DNA of 64,000 nt from Eledone cirrhosa (lineage: Eukaryota). The stretch's first letter is position 1. Each line of letters opens with the position of its first letter. Location of the stretch: NCBI GenBank assembly GCA_964016885.1, contig OZ024759.1, positions 23,560,001-23,624,000 of the forward strand, given 5' to 3'. Position numbers and translations under genes: made by a program. Positions 1-64,000 of this stretch are shown here, one piece after another. The notes under the pieces are model-generated. The model saw only the letters and a list, made by a program, of their open reading frames with translations. It made no database searches and was not told the origin of the DNA.

Positions 1-148
1 TCAGTATTACAGACTATCATTATATGTTTGGCCATTCTGAGTTCCAATCCAGCCGAGGTTAACTTTGCCTTTCATCTTTACGAGTTCGATAAAATAAAGT
101 ACCAGTAATACACTGGGTATTTGCTGGCCTTGTGCCAAAAGAAGAAAC

Positions 149-179
<31 letters not shown>

Positions 180-892
180 TGCATGTGTGTGTGTGTGTAT
201 GCCTGCTGTGCTCATATTTATATAAAACCCTTCCTAGCAGGGAAATCAGACATTAAAACAACAATGATATTATTCTCCATAGTATAAATATAATAATTAA
301 CAGCAGATCTGGATTAACCATTAATCAAAATAATCATGTACTTAGGACCTCATGTAAAAAAGGGCCTCATAGAGTTTTTTTTTTTTTCCCCGAGTACCAG
401 ATTTGCAATGTTCTGTTTGAATCAGGGCCCTTAAAAAATTTGGATAATTTTTTTCACTGCTTAGGCCACTAAATATCTTAATATGGATTTATACATTCAA
501 TTGTTTTGATCTTTATTGGTGAATTGGCAGTATCGGTAGAGGGTTGGACGCCATGCTTTGTAGCATAGTTACGTCCCTTTTACAGTCTGAGTTCAAATCC
601 AGCCGAGGTTAACTTTGCCTTTCATCCTTACGAGGTCGATAAAATAAAGTACCAGTAATGTACTGGGTAATTGCTGGCCTTGGGCCTAAAGTAGAAACAA
701 TTACATTATATAACAAACTTCATTTTCTGCTCTCTTCTAAAAAGAAATTAAAACAAATATTTTGTTTTCTTGCCTTTATAAGAAAAGAGGTTATTTTTAA
801 GAGGTAAATCTTTAGTCATTATTTACTACAATGTACTTCTTCATGCAACTAGTTGTTAGAAACAGGACTACTATGGATAACACAGTTCTTAC

Positions 893-58438
<57,546 letters not shown>

Positions 58439-59203
58439 CTATAAAAACACAAAGAAACCATCATTATTACAAGCTATCCATTACAATAGAACAGTCAAAA
58501 TCATTAAAATATCAATGAAAGTGATCAACCCTTTAGCATTTAAACCAGCCATATCCGGCCAGAATATTCTCACCTCTTTCTGTTCAAACCGGCCGTAACT
58601 GGCCACTCATATTGATGTTAAGGTATTGTTCTCAAAATAAATAACATGAAAATCTCATAGATTCGACATTATGTGAGATATTAAGTGAGATAGAGCCTTT
58701 ACCACAAAAATACAAGAGTAAATATAGAGCAGATGTTCTCAAAGGGGGTGTTGAGAAGGTTCAGAGGGTCAGTGGGGGCAGTAGAAATGATATAATAGTA
58801 TATTAAATATCAAATGATACATATTATATATAAATATAGTAGTTTCTTATATAGCCACAAGGCCAGCAATTTTGGAGGAGGGGAAAGTTGATTAAATCAA
58901 CCCCAGTGCATGACTGGTACTTTATTTTATAGAATTTTATTGCCAAAGATTCGATTTTATTAAGCATCCAATTATATATATATATTTCGTTTCTGAATTT
59001 GTTTAGCAAGATTCTTTATCTGAAAACATATGTTGAAACTGATATTGTTATACTTTGGGAGGTTCATGTTGCCAATAAGAAACACACGCACCAGTTGCTT
59101 TCACTTCAATTTATTATAATGAATTTATAAATTTAGGAATTTATAAATTTCCGGTTGGTTGGTTGGTTCCACAACCAGATGGTTATATAAATATATATAT
59201 ATA

Positions 59204-59258
<55 letters not shown>

Positions 59259-59379
59259 TATTTAAAATATATATATATATATATATTTAAAATATATATA
59301 TATATATAAAATATATATTTAAAATATATATATATATATATATATTTGAAATATATATATATATATATATATATTTGAA

Positions 59380-59411
<32 letters not shown>

Positions 59412-59500
59412 TATATAATATATATATATAATATATATATAATATATATATATAATATATATAATATATATATATAATATATATATAATATATATATATA

Positions 59501-59533
<33 letters not shown>

Positions 59534-59727
59534 TTGAAAACGCCTTGTTGAGTCAAACCAAGCCAAGCGTTAATATCATCCACTACCTGGAATACCATAA
59601 CTGGACTTCACCTAAGTGGACTGCATTTAACTATTATTTGTTAATCCGTATATATATATATATATAATATATATATATAATATATATATATAATATATAT
59701 ATATAATATATATATATAATATATAAT

Positions 59728-59759
<32 letters not shown>

Positions 59760-59948
59760 ATATATATATATAATATATATATATAATATATATATATATA
59801 TAATATATATATATAATATATATATATAATATATATATATATATAATATATATATATATATATAATATATATATATATATAATATATATATATATATGTA
59901 TATATATGTATATATGTATGTATATATGTATGTACATTTGTATGTATA

Positions 59949-59983
<35 letters not shown>

Positions 59984-60179
59984 GCATATATGTATGTATA
60001 TATATTTGTGAGTATGTGGGGGGTGGGGTCAGTGTTCTTGTTTTTTTATATAAATATTATGTTTCCTCTCGCTTCACTAAACACACTGAAACTTATATTA
60101 CACACAACTTATTGTTATTGTTAATTATTTGTTCATGTACTGTAATAATACCTTGACTAGGTGGCTGAGAAGGTGCTTG

Positions 60180-61220
60180 TTACTGCTGCTACTGCTACTA
60201 CTACTACTCCTACTACTCCTACTACTGCTACTGCTGTTGATGTTGATGATGGCACTACTGATGATGCTACTGCTGATGGAGCTACTACTGCTACTACTGC
60301 TGCTGCTGCTGCTGCTACTACTACTACTGCTCCTACTGCTGTTGATGTTGATGATGGCACTACTGATGATGCTACTGCTGATGGAGCTACTACTGCTACT
60401 ACTACTGCTGCTGCTGCTGCTGCTACTACTACTGCTGCTCCTACTGCTGTTGATGTTGATGATGGCACTACTGATGATGCTACTGCTGATGGAGCTACTA
60501 CTGCTACTACTACTGCTGCTGCTGCTGCTACTACTACTACTACTGCTCCTACTGCTGTTGATGTTGATGATGGCACTACTGATGATGCTACTGCTGATGG
60601 AGCTACTACTGCTACTACTACTGCTGCTGCTGCTGCTGCTACTCCTACTACTGCTACTGCTGTTGATGTTGATGATGGCACTACTGATGATGCTACTGCT
60701 GATGGAGCTACTACTGCTACTACTACTGCTGCTGCTGCTGCTACTACTCCTACTACTGCTACTGCTGTTGATGTTGATGATGGCACTACTGATGATGCTA
60801 CTGCTGATGGAGCTACTACTGCTACTACTACTGCTGCTGCTGCTGCTACTACTCCTACTACTGCTACTGCTGTTGATGTTGATGATGGCACTACTGATGA
60901 TGCTACTGCTGATGGAGCTACTACTGCTACTACTACTGCTGCTGCTGCTGCTACTACTCCTACTACTGCTACTGCTGTTGATGTTGATGATGGCACTACT
61001 GATGATGCTACTGCTGATGGAGCTACTACTGCTACTACTACTGCTGCTGCTGCTGCTACTACTCCTACTACTGCTACTGCTGTTGATGTTGATGATGGCA
61101 CTACTGATGATGCTACTGCTGATGGAGCTACTACTGCTACTACTACTGCTGCTGCTGCTGCTGCTACTACTACTGCTGCTCCTACTGCTGTTGATGTTGA
61201 TGATGGCACTACTGATGATG

Positions 61221-61261
<41 letters not shown>

Positions 61262-61844
61262 ACTACTACTGCTGCTACTGCTGTTGATGTTGATGATGGC
61301 ACTACTGATGATGCTACTGCTGATGGAGCTACTACTGCTACTACTACTGCTGCCGCTGCTGCTACTACTCCTACTACTGCTCCTACTGCTGTTGATGATG
61401 ATGATGGCACTACTGATGATGCTACTGCTGATGGACCTACTACTGCTACTACTGCTGCTGCTGCTGCTACTACTACTACTGCTGCTCCTACTGCTGTTGA
61501 TGTTGATGATGGCACTACTGATGATGCTACTGCTGATGGAGCTACTACTGCTACTACTACTGCTGCTGCTGCTGCTACTACTCCTACTGCTGCTACTGCT
61601 GTTGATGTTGATGATGGCACTACTGATGATGCTACTGCTGATGGAGCTACTACTGCTACTACTGCTGCTGCTGCTGCTACTACTACTACTACTGCTCCTA
61701 CTGCTGTTGATGTTGATGATGGCACTACTGATGATGCTACTGCTGATGGAGCTACTACTGCTACTACTACTGCTGCTGCTGCTGCTGCTACTACTACTGC
61801 TGCTCCTACTGCTGTTGATGTTGATGATGGCACTACTGATGATG

Positions 61845-61879
<35 letters not shown>

Positions 61880-61980
61880 ACTACTACTGCTGCTACTGCT
61901 GTTGATGTTGATGATGGCACTACTGATGATGCTACTGCTGATGGAGCTACTACTGCTACTACTGCTGCTGCTGCTGCTGC
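60180..61980. repeat. Trinucleotide-based minisatellite, ~102-108 bp unit, ~17 copies
   Basis: GTTGATGTTGATGATGGCACTACTGATGATGCT recurs, separated by (GCT/ACT)n spacers. Confidence 0.9.
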
Positions 61981-63212
61981 TCATCTTCGTTGGCATCGTT
62001 AATAGATTCATCATCATCATCATCATTGTCATCGCCATCATTGTCGTCATCATCATCATCCTTGTCATTATTGTTGCCGTCATCTTTATCAGCCTTCGTA
62101 GTGGCCATACTCGAAAACGAGTTGGCAGCCACCATATATATATATACCCGCCGCCACAGTATCGGTAGCGGGCGGGTGAAACGCCATGCTTTGACTCATA
62201 GAGTTACGGCCCTTGCCATTCTAAGTTCAAATCCCACCAAGGTTAACTTTGCCTTTCATCCTTACGGGGTCGATAAAATAAAATACCAGTAATGTACTGG
62301 GTAATTGCTGGCCTTGCGCCAAAAGTAGAAACAATTATTTTATGTATGCTTTCCCAGCTAGCAAGGGATGGATGCATCTACACAGATGGCATCAGTACAA
62401 AAAGGGGTCTACTGACCTCCCAGACAGGCGGGGGAGGCTCTGCATCTTTCTTATGTATGGTCTCAAGTCCTACGTTCTGAGTGCATAAGGAAGGTTGGTA
62501 AATCTTTGATACAACTGAAAGGTCCTCCCAACCCTTTGTTAGCTTCTAACAAAGGCACAATTTGAAAGGAAAAGGGAAATGCTGATTAAATCGACTCCAG
62601 TGCATTACTGGTACTTTAATTTATCCCCCCCATCTTCTCTAAAGATGATCAGAAAAGCTAACCTCGGCAGGATTTGAAGTCAGAATGCAATGGGCCATAA
62701 CTCTATGCTGCATAGCATGTTGTCCGACGCTCTACTGATACTGCCAAACCACCACCCTTATATGCTGTAAATAATGGTTTCTGATTTAGGCACAAGGACA
62801 ACAATTTTGGGGAGGGGAAATCGATTAAATCCACCCTAATGGATTACTGGCACCTTTTTATCGACCCTGTAAGGTTGAATGAAATGCACACCTAGCCCTG
62901 GCAGAATTTGAATTCAGAATGTAAAGTGCTGTAACTAAATAACACAAACTATTTTGTCCTACGGTCTAATGATTCTGCCAAGTCACCATACTTAACTAAC
63001 AACAATAACAACAATAATAATTACAAGAGCAACATGAACAACAATCACCCTCACCATCAAATATTTTTCCTAGAGCTGAACACAATGTGCCTCATGCATC
63101 ATATCCAGTCACATGGTTGAATAGTTCAGCCCCCAGCAAAAAGAATGTCAATTTGTTACAGATATTTATATATATATACACACCCATAACCATCCCAAAT
63201 AAATACCTTTAA

Positions 63213-63534
63213 CCCTTCAGTATTTAAACTGGCCACATCCTGCCAGAATTCTCTCATTTCTTTCTGTTCAAACTAGCTGTAACTTGCTACTCATACTAAT
63301 GCCAAGGTATTGTTCTGAAAATAAATAATTGTTTCTACTTTGGGCACAAGCAATTACCTAGTACATTACTGGTACTTTATTTTATCGACCCCGTAAGGAT
63401 GAAAGGTAAAGTTAACCTCAAATAAATAATATCAAAATCTCATAGATTTGATATTATCTGAGATAATTATGTGAGGTAAAGCCTTTACCATGAAAATACA
63501 ATAGTATATATAGAGTAATGTAAATGCTAAAGGG
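63213..63534. mobile_element. piggyBac-type MITE with nested SINE fragment
   Basis: TTAA TSD on both sides; CCCTT / AAGGG termini. Confidence 0.7.
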
Positions 63535-63560
63535 TTAACAACTACAAGAAATACCATATA

Positions 63561-63853
63561 CAGTATCTTCCCGCTTATTTGTGGTCTTAGTTATTAGCGG
63601 AACCACCACATTTTCGTAGAATCATAAATATGTTCGCAATGTTTTTTAAAGCATTTTTAATGCCTAAATTATTAATAACAATATATGTATTTGCCAACCT
63701 ATTGAAAGCCCCTTTGCATAGGACGCTACCTATTTTTTAAATTATATTTTGACGTTTATAGGCATTTTTATGGAACATGTCCAATATTCGCGGTTTTTCA
63801 CTCTTCACGGGACCTCTAGGAATGTAGCCCCTTCTAATACCAAGGAACAACTG
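63561..63853. mobile_element. pogo/Tigger-type MITE
   Basis: TA-CAGT...ACTG-TA ends; internal TATTCGCGGTTTTTCAC motif. Confidence 0.55.
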
Positions 63854-64000
63854 TACATCTAAGATTATATATCATCTAAGATTATATATCATCATATTTC
63901 TTTCTAGTTGTTTAGATGATATACATACATTCGGAATGAGGATCCAACTAGGTTTGAAATACAATTAAAGGAGTCCATTTTAGTTTTTTCTTTTTTTGAG

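Noticed and set aside
63000-63170. Candidate upstream exon for the F5/8C domain
   Set aside because: No convincing splice pair or domain motif; the preceding exon is probably beyond the window.

Overview
AT-rich, microsatellite-dense animal genomic DNA, most likely an octopod cephalopod (inferred from the SINE types and repeat density). The window lies inside one large minus-strand gene. I assembled 32 GT-AG exons by hand (893..58438, 5124 nt, 1708 codons, consistent phase, no stops). They encode the end of an F5/8 type C domain, a VWDE-like module (VWD + Cys-rich + EGF), two PAN/apple-like exons, and a second copy of the module with the same exon structure. Neither end of the gene is in the window. 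Introns hold tRNA-derived SINEs, RTE and R4/Dong-like LINE fragments, hAT/piggyBac/mariner/pogo MITEs, Helitron-like elements and minisatellites. The most notable non-coding signal is a set of about 11 minimal type I hammerhead ribozyme motifs from several unrelated families. They sit in (TA)n tracts, often inside inverted repeats, and include U3-A8 and C4 core variants. One family shares a terminus with a Penelope-like GIY-YIG fragment. Six motifs fall in one 5.6-kb intron, three of them sense to the pre-mRNA. Most long ORFs in the supplied track are microsatellite artefacts.
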